Shown here one piece after another: positions 10,419 through 18,593 of a stretch of DNA of 64,000 bases; positions within the stretch are counted from its first letter, which is position 1, and each line of letters begins with the position of its first letter. This DNA is from Flavobacteriales bacterium (GTDB taxonomy: Bacteria; Bacteroidota; Bacteroidia; Flavobacteriales; UBA7312). The notes beneath the pieces are model-generated. The model did not search any database and had not been told where the DNA came from. It saw only the letters and a program-made list of their open reading frames with translations. Location of the stretch: the NCBI GenBank assembly GCA_037625715.1, contig JASJHQ010000035.1:497-64496 (forward strand). The letters are read 5' to 3'. Both the position numbers and the translations under genes were made by a program.

Positions 10419-11366
10419 ATGTCGGATATAGATTTAGTAAAAGAATTTAAACATTCTTACGATGATTTTAGAGCTGAAATAGCTAAGGTAATCGTTGGTC
10501 AGGATGAAGTAGTTAAAAACGTATTGATTTCCATATTTAGTCAAGGACATTGCTTATTAGTAGGGGTTCCTGGTTTGGCTAAAACATTGCTAGTACAAAC
10601 TATTTCTGACGCTCTTGGACTAGATTACAGTAGAATACAATTTACTCCAGACCTAATGCCTTCTGATATTGTTGGTTCTGAAATATTAAATTCGGATCGA
10701 CAATTTGAGTTTAAAAAAGGTCCGTTGTTTGCCAATATTGTTTTAGCTGATGAGATTAATAGAACCCCTCCAAAAACACAAGCAGCATTATTAGAAGCTA
10801 TGCAAGAAAGAGCTGTTACAGCTGCTGGTAATACTTATAAATTAGATGATCCTTTCTTTGTTTTAGCTACCCAAAACCCTATTGAGCAAGAAGGTACCTA
10901 CCCATTGCCAGAAGCTCAGTTAGATAGATTTATGTTTAATGTAATTCTAGATTATCCTTCTTATGAAGAGGAACTGCAAGTAATTAAGAAAACTACTTCT
11001 GATTTATCCGTAAAGCTGAATAAGGTTATGGATGGTAAGAAAATTGTAGAATTTCAGAAATTAGTTAGAAGAATTCCAATTTCTGATAATGTGATAGAGT
11101 ATGCGGTTAAGTTAGTCGCAAAAACAAGGCCAAACTCCACTTATTCTAGCGAAAGAGTTAATCAGTTTATTTCTTGGGGAGCTGGTCCTAGAGCATCTCA
11201 AAATTTAGTAATTGGTGCTAAATGCCATGCTGCTATCAATGGGAAGTATTCTCCAGATATTGAAGATGTTAAAGCAGTAGCTATTCCTATTTTAAGGCAT
11301 CGTGTAGTGAAGAACTATAAAGCCGAAGGTATTTCTATAGAACAACTAATAAAAGAGCTTTTATAA
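10419..11366 (+). CDS. MoxR-family AAA+ ATPase
   Basis: 315 aa. Walker A GVPGLAKT, Walker B LADEINR, then LEAMQER...VLATQNPIEQEGTYPLPEAQLDRF, typical of AAA_3/MoxR. Confidence 0.9.
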   Translation: MSDIDLVKEFKHSYDDFRAEIAKVIVGQDEVVKNVLISIFSQGHCLLVGVPGLAKTLLVQTISDALGLDYSRIQFTPDLMPSDIVGSEILNSDRQFEFKKGPLFANIVLADEINRTPPKTQAALLEAMQERAVTAAGNTYKLDDPFFVLATQNPIEQEGTYPLPEAQLDRFMFNVILDYPSYEEELQVIKKTTSDLSVKLNKVMDGKKIVEFQKLVRRIPISDNVIEYAVKLVAKTRPNSTYSSERVNQFISWGAGPRASQNLVIGAKCHAAINGKYSPDIEDVKAVAIPILRHRVVKNYKAEGISIEQLIKELL

Positions 11367-11923
11367 TGATTTTACCAATTGTTGCCTACGGAACAACTGT
11401 ACTGAAGAAGAAAGGGGAAGAGATAAGCGCTGAATACCCTGATTTAGAGCAGTTGATTGAAGATATGTACGAAACTATGTACGAAGCTAGCGGGGTAGGT
11501 CTTGCAGCTCCACAGATTGGTAAAGGCATTCGTCTTTTCGTAATTGATGGAAGTCCATTTTCTGATGACGACCCAGGAATGGAAGACTTTTGTATGACAT
11601 TCATTAATCCTACTATAATAGAGGAAGAAGGGGAGGAATGGTCTTTTAACGAAGGTTGTTTGTCTATCCCTGATGTTAGAGAAGATGTATTTAGAAAGCC
11701 AAAAATAAAAATTAAATACCAAGATGAAGATTTCGAATGGGTAGAAGAGGAATTTGATGGTTTAAAAGCCAGAATAATTCAGCACGAATACGATCATATT
11801 GAAGGTGTTTTGTTTACCGATTATCTGTCACCATTAAAAAGAAGAATGCTTAGGAGAAAATTAGTAGATATTTCTAAAGGTTCTATTAAGGTTTCTTATC
11901 GAATGAAATTTCCTTCTAAATAA
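11366..11923 (+). CDS. def: Peptide deformylase
   Basis: 185 aa. GVGLAAPQIG, EGCLS, HEYDH metal and catalytic motifs. The start overlaps the MoxR stop (TAATG). Confidence 0.95.
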   Translation: MILPIVAYGTTVLKKKGEEISAEYPDLEQLIEDMYETMYEASGVGLAAPQIGKGIRLFVIDGSPFSDDDPGMEDFCMTFINPTIIEEEGEEWSFNEGCLSIPDVREDVFRKPKIKIKYQDEDFEWVEEEFDGLKARIIQHEYDHIEGVLFTDYLSPLKRRMLRRKLVDISKGSIKVSYRMKFPSK

Positions 11924-11926
11924 AAT

Positions 11927-12427
11927 TTATTTTCTCAATGCCCTTGGGTTTGCTAAATCAGTAGTAACATAGGCGTTTGGATTAGTTGATTCTATAATTT
12001 TCAATGCTGTTTTCAACTTTCTTTTTGGTGCAATGCACCAATAGATTCTTACAGCTCCTTTTAATCCTTCACCATTTATTACTGTTACACCAAAACCTTC
12101 TTTTCTTAAAGGATCTGCAACACTTGGGTCATCAATTGATGAAAATACTCTTATAACCATATCCCCAAAACCCATAAAGCCTTCGATGTAAGAACCTATA
12201 ATTGTTCCTGCAGCAAAGCCTAATGCGTATCCAGCAATTAGTAAATTATCGTCTATATCTTCAATTACTTTAGAGACTGCTAAAATCCATATCACAGATT
12301 CGATAAGGCCAATTAAGCCAGCGTATAAAGGTTTGTTTTTTGTAATTAATAAAGCTCGAATTGTTCCTAGGCTTTGATCTGAAAGTCTCAAGAAAAATAT
12401 TGATAATGCTGCAATAAATACGGTCAT
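11927..12427 (-). CDS. UPF0316/DUF2179-type small membrane protein
   Basis: 166 aa. Three N-terminal hydrophobic helices plus a C-terminal soluble domain (GFGVTVINGEG). The family call is from recollection. Confidence 0.55.
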   Translation of the reverse strand: MTVFIAALSIFFLRLSDQSLGTIRALLITKNKPLYAGLIGLIESVIWILAVSKVIEDIDDNLLIAGYALGFAAGTIIGSYIEGFMGFGDMVIRVFSSIDDPSVADPLRKEGFGVTVINGEGLKGAVRIYWCIAPKRKLKTALKIIESTNPNAYVTTDLANPRALRK

Positions 12428-12473
12428 AATAATGGGTTGTTATTTATAATTTAAAATTAATAAAAAATTACAT

Positions 12474-13436
12474 TTACTTCCATCTATCCTCTCTCCACTG
12501 GGCTTGTTGATCTCTAGAAAAGAAGGACCAAGCAACAACTCGACTTGATTTATTTCCTGTTCCCATAGGAATGGTTTTAACCTGATTTACTCCATATCTT
12601 TGTAGTAGGATATAGATTCCTTTTAAGTTCGATTGTTTAGAAACTAAAGTAGAAAACCACAGAACATTTTTAGAATATTTGTTGCTTTCCTTAACCATTT
12701 TTTCGATGAATTGATACTCTCCACCAGGGTAAACTAATTCATCACTTATTCCTGAAAAATTGAGTTCAACTTTATTGGTTTCTTTTTTCAATACATTTTT
12801 TACTTTTCTATGACTACCTTTTTGAGCATCTTCAACACTTGAATGAAAGGGTGGGTTGCAGATGGATATGTCGAATTTCTCCTCTTTTTCTATTATGTCA
12901 GTGAAAATATTTTCCGAATCTTTTTGCAGCCTACAAACGATATTTTTACTGATAGATGGGTTGGAATTTATAATCGTATTTGCTGATTCTATTGATTCTG
13001 AAGAAATATCTGAACCAATAAAATTCCAATCGTATTCTGTGCTTCCAATGATTGGGTAGATACAGCTTGCTCCAGTTCCTATGTCCAAACAATTTATTTT
13101 ATTTCCTGTCGGATTCTTTCCAAAGTTGTTTTGAGCTAATATATCAGCAACATGATGAATGTAATCAGCTCTTCCAGGAATGGGAGGGCATAGGTTTTTG
13201 TCAGGAAAATCCCAGTTGTCAATCCCGTAATAATGTTTCAAAATAGCTTTATTAAGCGTTTTTACGGCTAAAGGATTTGAGAATTCAATAGAATTTTCCC
13301 CATATCTGTTAGTTACAATAAAATCAGAAAGAGAAGGCATAGCTTCAATTAATGCATTTAAATCATATCTTTCTTTGTTTTTGTTCCTTAAATGAAGTCT
13401 AGATTTACTCTCATTCTTATGTTTTTCTGAATCCAT
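12474..13436 (-). CDS. rlmF: 23S rRNA (adenine1618-N6)-methyltransferase
   Basis: 320 aa. LDIGTGASCIYP SAM motif, NPPFH catalytic motif, overall RlmF layout. Confidence 0.85.
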   Translation of the reverse strand: MDSEKHKNESKSRLHLRNKNKERYDLNALIEAMPSLSDFIVTNRYGENSIEFSNPLAVKTLNKAILKHYYGIDNWDFPDKNLCPPIPGRADYIHHVADILAQNNFGKNPTGNKINCLDIGTGASCIYPIIGSTEYDWNFIGSDISSESIESANTIINSNPSISKNIVCRLQKDSENIFTDIIEKEEKFDISICNPPFHSSVEDAQKGSHRKVKNVLKKETNKVELNFSGISDELVYPGGEYQFIEKMVKESNKYSKNVLWFSTLVSKQSNLKGIYILLQRYGVNQVKTIPMGTGNKSSRVVAWSFFSRDQQAQWREDRWK

Positions 13437-13500
13437 TTTTTAATAAAAGTAATGATTTAGTATTAGATAGCAACGTTATATAAGGGTTCTATAAAAAAGA

Positions 13501-13538
13501 AAAACCCACTTGCTCTACTAGAGTACAAGTGGGTTTTT
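13501..13538. terminator. Intrinsic terminator closing the tRNA cluster (bidirectional shape)
   Basis: AAAACCCACTTG ... CAAGTGGGTTTT, a 12-bp outer stem with A/T runs on both sides, immediately 3' of tRNA-Arg(TCT) on the minus strand. Confidence 0.75.
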
Positions 13539-13541
13539 ACG

Positions 13542-13615
13542 TGATCACGACAGGATTCGAACCTGTGACCGTCTGCTTAGAAGGCAGATGCTCTATCCAG
13601 CTGAGCTACGCGACC
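13542..13615 (-). tRNA. tRNA-Arg (anticodon TCT)
   Basis: 74 nt folded by hand. Acceptor GGTCGCG/CGTGATC plus A, anticodon stem TCTGC/GCAGA, loop CTTCTAA, T-loop GGTTCGAATCC. No encoded CCA. Confidence 0.9.
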
Positions 13616-13625
13616 ATTTAAAAAA

Positions 13626-13644
13626 AGGACTCTAAAAGAGTCCT
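13626..13644 (-). terminator. Terminator-like hairpin plus T7 run between tRNA-Pro and tRNA-Arg
   Basis: 7-bp stem AGGACTC/GAGTCCT with a 5-nt loop. On the minus strand it is followed by TTTTTTT and then, 4 nt later, the 5' end of tRNA-Arg. Confidence 0.55.
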
Positions 13645-13647
13645 TCG

Positions 13648-13722
13648 TCGGGGTGGCAGGATTCGAACCTGCGACCTCCTCGTCCCAAACGAGGCGCGAT
13701 AACCGGGCTACGCTACACCCCG
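13648..13722 (-). tRNA. tRNA-Pro (anticodon TGG)
   Basis: 75 nt. Acceptor CGGGGTG/CACCCCG plus A, anticodon stem CCTCG/CGAGG, loop TTTGGGA, T-loop GGTTCGAATCC. Confidence 0.9.
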
Positions 13723-13786
13723 AAAAATGGAGCTGCAAATCTAATTAAATAAAATAGACTCACAACTCTATTAAAACAATAATTTG

Positions 13787-13873
13787 CGGAAAGGAAGGGA
13801 TTCGAACCCCCGATACCGTTACCAGTATAACACCTTAGCAGGGTGCCGCTTTCAGCCACTCAGCCACCTTTCC
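13787..13873 (-). tRNA. tRNA-Ser (anticodon GCT), long variable arm
   Basis: 87 nt. Acceptor GGAAAGG/CCTTTCC plus G, anticodon loop CTGCTAA, long variable arm (TATACTGGTAACGGTAT), T-loop GGTTCGAATCC. Confidence 0.9.
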
Positions 13874-13982
13874 TAATGAACGAGCGGCAAATTTATATCA
13901 ATATCTATGTATAACAAACTTTTTTATTCTTATTTTTTAATAATCATCAAAAAATGTTTTAGTTATATTAATGTTGGAATGT

Positions 13983-13990
13983 TATATTTG
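13983..13990 (+). promoter_or_regulatory. -7 box (TATATTTG) for the ABC substrate-binding protein operon
   Basis: Exact TAnnTTTG, 18 nt upstream of the ATG at 14009. It lies inside the ORF-track N-terminal extension, which argues for the downstream start. Confidence 0.5.
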
Positions 13991-14008
13991 CATGAATCTA
14001 ATCTTATA

Positions 14009-15766
14009 ATGATGTTTAAAATTACTACAGCCATCGCTTTTTCTTTACTGATTTTTTCTTCTTGTGTAGAAAATAGAGATCTATCTGAAAATAAAGTAAT
14101 TGCTCATATTTCTTCAAATCCTGACGGATTACATCCTTTTAATAACAACTCTGCAATGAGGTCGTTCATTTTCGAACATACTCAGAAAACTTTGGTTAAA
14201 CTTGATCTGAAATCACTCGATTATATTCCATCTTTAGTTAAAACATTACCTATAGTTTCAGAAGATGGACTTCGTTACTCATACGAATTGAGAGATGGTC
14301 TTAAATGGGACGACGGAACAGCTGTTACAGCCAAAGATGTAGAATTTACATCAAAAATTCAGGTTTGTCCATTAACGGATAACGCTAGTGTGAGAGGTAA
14401 TTACTCTTCTGTTATAAAAGATATAATTCTAGATTCTGACAATCCCCTTAAGTTCACAATGGTTGCTTTTAATAAAAACGTAACTAATAAAAGTATCTAT
14501 TCCGAAGTTTATATTCAACAAAAATCACATTGGGATCCTGATGGAATGCTCGATGACTTAACTTTTAAGCAAATTCACAATCCTGATTTTAAAGAAAAGA
14601 AAGAATGGTCTGATTGGTTTAATGGCTTTAATAATGGTGATAACAGTTACCAAGCAGAGTTGTTAGTTGGTTTAGGTCCTTATCAAATTTCAGAGTGGGA
14701 GACAGGTTCGTATATTATAGCTACTAAAAAAGAAAATTGGTGGGGAGATAACGATACTAGCATTTACAATCAAAATTATCCTGAAGAAATCATTTTTAAG
14801 ATTATTTCTGATGACGCATCGGTATTTTTATCACTTAAAAGTGAAGGTTTAGATGCTACCAATAGAATTGGTACTTCTAAATTATTTAAGCTTCAAAAAC
14901 ACGATTATTTCAATGAAAATTATCATTCCGAATTTTTAAATCAGTATACCTATTACTACTTAGGAATGAATACTCGTCCGGATGGTATAAAACGTAAAGC
15001 ATTTTTTGAAGATGTGTTAGTTCGTAGAGCAATGGCTCACCTTGTGCCAGTAGATGAAATTATAGAAGTTATTTTACATGGGGAAGGCTCTAGGCAGGTT
15101 GCAAATCTTTCAGCATTAAAAAAGAATTATAACGATACTCTAAAACTTATCGATTTAGATATTGAAGCTGCTAAAATCTTATTAGATGAAAGTGGTTGGA
15201 TTGATACTGACGGAGATAATATAAGAGATAAAGAAGTTAATGGAGAGAAGATTCAGCTAAGCTTTGAATTAAGCTATATGAGTTCGCCAACATCTAAAGA
15301 GACTGCTTTAATTATTAAAGAAAGTTTATGGAGAGCTGGAGTAAATGCAATTCCAACTCCGATGGACTTCACATTATTTTATAAAAATGCACAAGAGCAT
15401 GATTTTGATATGATGATAGGTGGATGGGGAGGATCAGCTTCTTATTCAAATCCTTATCAGTTATGGCACACTTCTTCATGGGCTAATAAAGGATCGAACT
15501 TCACAGGATTTGGGGATGCAGAAAGCGATTCGTTAATTGATTTAGCAAATAGATCTATTATTGAAGAAGAACACCGAAATGCTATTTGGGCATTACAAGC
15601 AAAAATTTATAAAGATCAACCATATGTTTTTCTCTACAGCCCAAAAAGAAAAATAGTGATTCACAGGCGTTTTGATAATGCGGATATGTATTTCGAAAAA
15701 CCAGGATTTGTATTGCATAATTTCTTGCTTAAAGATGAATTCAAAAATTTAACTCCAACACCATAA
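14009..15766 (+). CDS. ABC transporter substrate-binding lipoprotein, family 5 (peptide/nickel, Opp/Dpp-type)
   Basis: The track ORF starts at 13907. I prefer ATG 14009 (MMFKITTAIAFSLLIFSSC, a lipobox) because a promoter box lies upstream of it. SBP_bac_5-like body (YELRDGLKWDDGTAVTAKDV, YYLGMN, GGWG). Confidence 0.8.
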   Translation: MMFKITTAIAFSLLIFSSCVENRDLSENKVIAHISSNPDGLHPFNNNSAMRSFIFEHTQKTLVKLDLKSLDYIPSLVKTLPIVSEDGLRYSYELRDGLKWDDGTAVTAKDVEFTSKIQVCPLTDNASVRGNYSSVIKDIILDSDNPLKFTMVAFNKNVTNKSIYSEVYIQQKSHWDPDGMLDDLTFKQIHNPDFKEKKEWSDWFNGFNNGDNSYQAELLVGLGPYQISEWETGSYIIATKKENWWGDNDTSIYNQNYPEEIIFKIISDDASVFLSLKSEGLDATNRIGTSKLFKLQKHDYFNENYHSEFLNQYTYYYLGMNTRPDGIKRKAFFEDVLVRRAMAHLVPVDEIIEVILHGEGSRQVANLSALKKNYNDTLKLIDLDIEAAKILLDESGWIDTDGDNIRDKEVNGEKIQLSFELSYMSSPTSKETALIIKESLWRAGVNAIPTPMDFTLFYKNAQEHDFDMMIGGWGGSASYSNPYQLWHTSSWANKGSNFTGFGDAESDSLIDLANRSIIEEEHRNAIWALQAKIYKDQPYVFLYSPKRKIVIHRRFDNADMYFEKPGFVLHNFLLKDEFKNLTPTP

Positions 15767-15769
15767 GAG

Positions 15770-17260
15770 ATGTTTAAATATATTGTTAAAAGGATATTAA
15801 TATTTTTCCCAACCTTAATTGCCATTTCTTTGTTGGCTTTTATAATTAGTATAAGTGCTCCAGCAGACCCTGTTGAGAAATTAACTAATTCGGCAGATAA
15901 GGAAGGTGCAGCAAACCAACAATCAGATGCTACTAAAAAAGTAAAACAAGAGTTGAGGAAAAAATTGGGCCTTGATTTGCCTATTTTTTATTTCAACTTC
16001 GGTTCTTTAAGTGATTGCGATACTCTCTATAAACTAGATGATAAGGATCATATCGCTAGTTTGAGCGAATTGACACATTATTATGGTAATTGGCCTGATG
16101 TGTCGGTTTATTACCAGCAGCTGTTTAATACTCAATTAGCTCACGAAAAATTAAACTTAGACAATATTTATCTTGATCAAGAATCTTCTAATACTTCTTA
16201 CACTAAGAATCAGATTAACGAAGCGATTACTAAATCTAGCTTTGAAATAAGCGCTATTCTAGAAACTGCTAACCCTAGTGTATTGGCTTCTAAAATGTCT
16301 AATCTGGATGAATTATATTCAGAATACCAATTTTTAAGTCCGGTTGCTAAAGAGTATGCACTTTCTAAGGATTACTACAATAACATAATTGAAAATTCTT
16401 CTCACTGGAAAACCTATGTTCCTAAAATAGTATGGTATGGATTTAAAAATCAATATCACTTTTGGTTATTTGGTGATGGTCTCGAAAGAAAAGGGGTAGT
16501 TAGGGGTGATTTCGGATTATCTTACATTGATAATCAGCCAATTAACACTAAGATATGGACTAAGGTTTGGATTTCTTTTTCCTTCTCTATTCTGTCGGTT
16601 TTGTTTGCCTACATTATTAGTATTCCTTTAGGGATTTATTCTGCATATAAGAAAGACAGTAGGTTCGATAGGATATCATCGGTTGTTGTTTTTGTATTGT
16701 ACTCAATGCCAGGTTTCTTTATTGGTGTTCTTTTGTTATATACGTTTGCTAATCCGGATACCCTAAGATGGTTCCCAGTTTCTGGTATTCAAGATCCTTC
16801 TGTTTTTGATCCTTCTTGGTCATTTTTTGAAAAAGCAAGCCACAGGCTTCCATATTTTGTACTTCCATTATTTACTTATACTTATAGTTCTTTTGCTTTC
16901 TTAAGTAGAATAATGAGAGTAGGGGTTATTGATGTATTTAGTCAGGATTATATCAGAACAGCCAGAGCAAAAGGATTAGGAGAAGGAAAGGTTGTTATGA
17001 AGCATGCTCTAAGAAATTCTTTACTGCCAATTATTACAGTTTTTGCAAATATTTTCCCATTAGCAATTGGTGGTTCGGTAATTATCGAAACTATATTTAC
17101 TATTCCTGGAATGGGATTTGAAATATTTAATTCAATACTAAATTCCGATTACCCAATGATTGTAGCGGTATTCACTATAATAGGATTTTTAACAATGTTA
17201 GGTTACCTAATAGCGGATGTTTTATACGCTGTTGTTGACCCAAGAATCTCTTACAAATAA
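15770..17260 (+). CDS. ABC transporter permease (OppB/DppB-type) with an oversized extracytoplasmic loop
   Basis: 496 aa. TM1, then about 230 aa of hydrophilic sequence before TM2. C-terminal core with the DYIRTARAKGL EAA-type motif and DPRISYK end. Confidence 0.85.
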   Translation: MFKYIVKRILIFFPTLIAISLLAFIISISAPADPVEKLTNSADKEGAANQQSDATKKVKQELRKKLGLDLPIFYFNFGSLSDCDTLYKLDDKDHIASLSELTHYYGNWPDVSVYYQQLFNTQLAHEKLNLDNIYLDQESSNTSYTKNQINEAITKSSFEISAILETANPSVLASKMSNLDELYSEYQFLSPVAKEYALSKDYYNNIIENSSHWKTYVPKIVWYGFKNQYHFWLFGDGLERKGVVRGDFGLSYIDNQPINTKIWTKVWISFSFSILSVLFAYIISIPLGIYSAYKKDSRFDRISSVVVFVLYSMPGFFIGVLLLYTFANPDTLRWFPVSGIQDPSVFDPSWSFFEKASHRLPYFVLPLFTYTYSSFAFLSRIMRVGVIDVFSQDYIRTARAKGLGEGKVVMKHALRNSLLPIITVFANIFPLAIGGSVIIETIFTIPGMGFEIFNSILNSDYPMIVAVFTIIGFLTMLGYLIADVLYAVVDPRISYK

Positions 17261-17264
17261 AAAA

Positions 17265-18593
17265 ATGGAACAACAAAATAATTTTTCATTCAAAAAATAT
17301 GCTTGGGCTCAGTTTAAAAAGAATAAGCCAGCCATAGTATCTTTATACATTCTTATCTCATTGGTTTTTATAGCTCTTTTTGCGCCTTTAATTGCTAATG
17401 ATCAACCGCTATACTGCAAGTACCAGGATCAAACCTTTTTCCCGGCTTTTACCACTATGGTTAATTCTTCAAAGACTGTAACTCTAACCAATAAGGAAAC
17501 CGGTTTAGTAGAAGATTTACAATTTGACATTACCGATTGGAGAAGGCTTGACTTGCAAAGTGTTGTTTGGGCACCAATTGCTTATTCTCCAGATAAAGGA
17601 GATAAATATAATAGAGAGTATGTTTCTCCAGTAGGTGAGCAAAGATATAAGAGTGCTAATAATGAAATTATAGAAATACCAACAAGGTTAAGACACTTTT
17701 TAGGAACAGATAATATTGGAAGAGATTTAGCTTCTGGATTAGTTCATGGTACTCGAATATCTTTATTAGTAGGAGTCATTGCAATGGGGATTGCTTCTAT
17801 TATAGGAGTATTTCTTGGTTCTATAGCTGGCTTTTTTGGGGATAGAAACTTATTAATGCCTAGAGGAAGATATTATTTTACCATTCTCGGAATTTTTCTT
17901 GCATTTTTCTACGGATTCGGGGTGCGTAAATACGTTATAGCAAATTCGTTTGAATCAGGAAGTGGTGGAGCTTTTCAAGTTTTATTAAGTTTAGTTATTG
18001 TTGCTGCTGTAATTATTGGAGCTAGACTTTTAAGTAGGTTATTTAATTTCGGCTGGTTAGCAAAAGAAGTAAGTATTCCTATTGATACTATCATTTCTAG
18101 GGGTATCGAAATATTAAACTCTATTCCTCGTCTGATCTTAATCATTACTATATCGGCTATTTTTGCTAGAAGTATTTATCTAATAATGGTTATTATTGGC
18201 CTGACTTCATGGACGGGTATAGCACGTTTTACTAGAGCAGAATTCTTAAGAATTAGAGAGTTGGAGTACGTACAGGCAGCAAAATCTTTAGGGTATTCTA
18301 ACTTCAGAGCGATAGCAAAACACGCTTTGCCTAATGCCTTAGCTCCTGTGTTTGTTTCTATTGCTTTTGGAGTTGCATCAGCTATACTGATAGAGAGTTC
18401 GCTTTCTTTTCTAGGAATAGGTGTTCCGGATGACGTAGTAACTTGGGGTTCTTTGTTGAACTTAGGAAGACAAGAGTTCGAAGCTTGGTGGTTAGTGATA
18501 TTCCCTGGAATGGCAATATTTATTACTATTACTGTTTACAATCTAATTGGTGAAGGCTTAAGAGATGCTTTAGATCCTAGACTAAAAAGCTAG
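17265..18593 (+). CDS. ABC transporter permease (OppC/DppC-type) with an internal two-helix insertion
   Basis: The track ORF starts at 17217. ATG 17265 (MEQQNN) avoids a 44-nt overlap. HFLGTDNIGRDL, then GSIAGFFGD ...[~75-aa insert]... IDTIISRGIEILNSIP, YVQAAKSLG, DALDPRL. Confidence 0.85.
   Translation: MEQQNNFSFKKYAWAQFKKNKPAIVSLYILISLVFIALFAPLIANDQPLYCKYQDQTFFPAFTTMVNSSKTVTLTNKETGLVEDLQFDITDWRRLDLQSVVWAPIAYSPDKGDKYNREYVSPVGEQRYKSANNEIIEIPTRLRHFLGTDNIGRDLASGLVHGTRISLLVGVIAMGIASIIGVFLGSIAGFFGDRNLLMPRGRYYFTILGIFLAFFYGFGVRKYVIANSFESGSGGAFQVLLSLVIVAAVIIGARLLSRLFNFGWLAKEVSIPIDTIISRGIEILNSIPRLILIITISAIFARSIYLIMVIIGLTSWTGIARFTRAEFLRIRELEYVQAAKSLGYSNFRAIAKHALPNALAPVFVSIAFGVASAILIESSLSFLGIGVPDDVVTWGSLLNLGRQEFEAWWLVIFPGMAIFITITVYNLIGEGLRDALDPRLKS

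Noticed and set aside
10419-11366. MoxR ATPase as part of a Bat-type aerotolerance or VWA-based system
   Set aside because: No DUF58, VWA or TPR genes follow it. It is sandwiched between surA-like and def. It is reported only as an orphan within the folding operon.
13907-14008. N-terminal extension of the SBP gene given by the ORF track (start at 13907)
   Set aside because: The extension is Ile/Phe/Tyr-rich junk and begins 34 nt from the tRNA-Ser end. It contains the TATATTTG promoter box at 13983-13990. The lipoprotein signal peptide starts at the Met at 14009.
17217-17264. Upstream start for the second permease, overlapping the first permease by 44 nt
   Set aside because: ATG 17265 lies 4 nt after the upstream stop and gives a normal N-terminus. 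The extension has no support.
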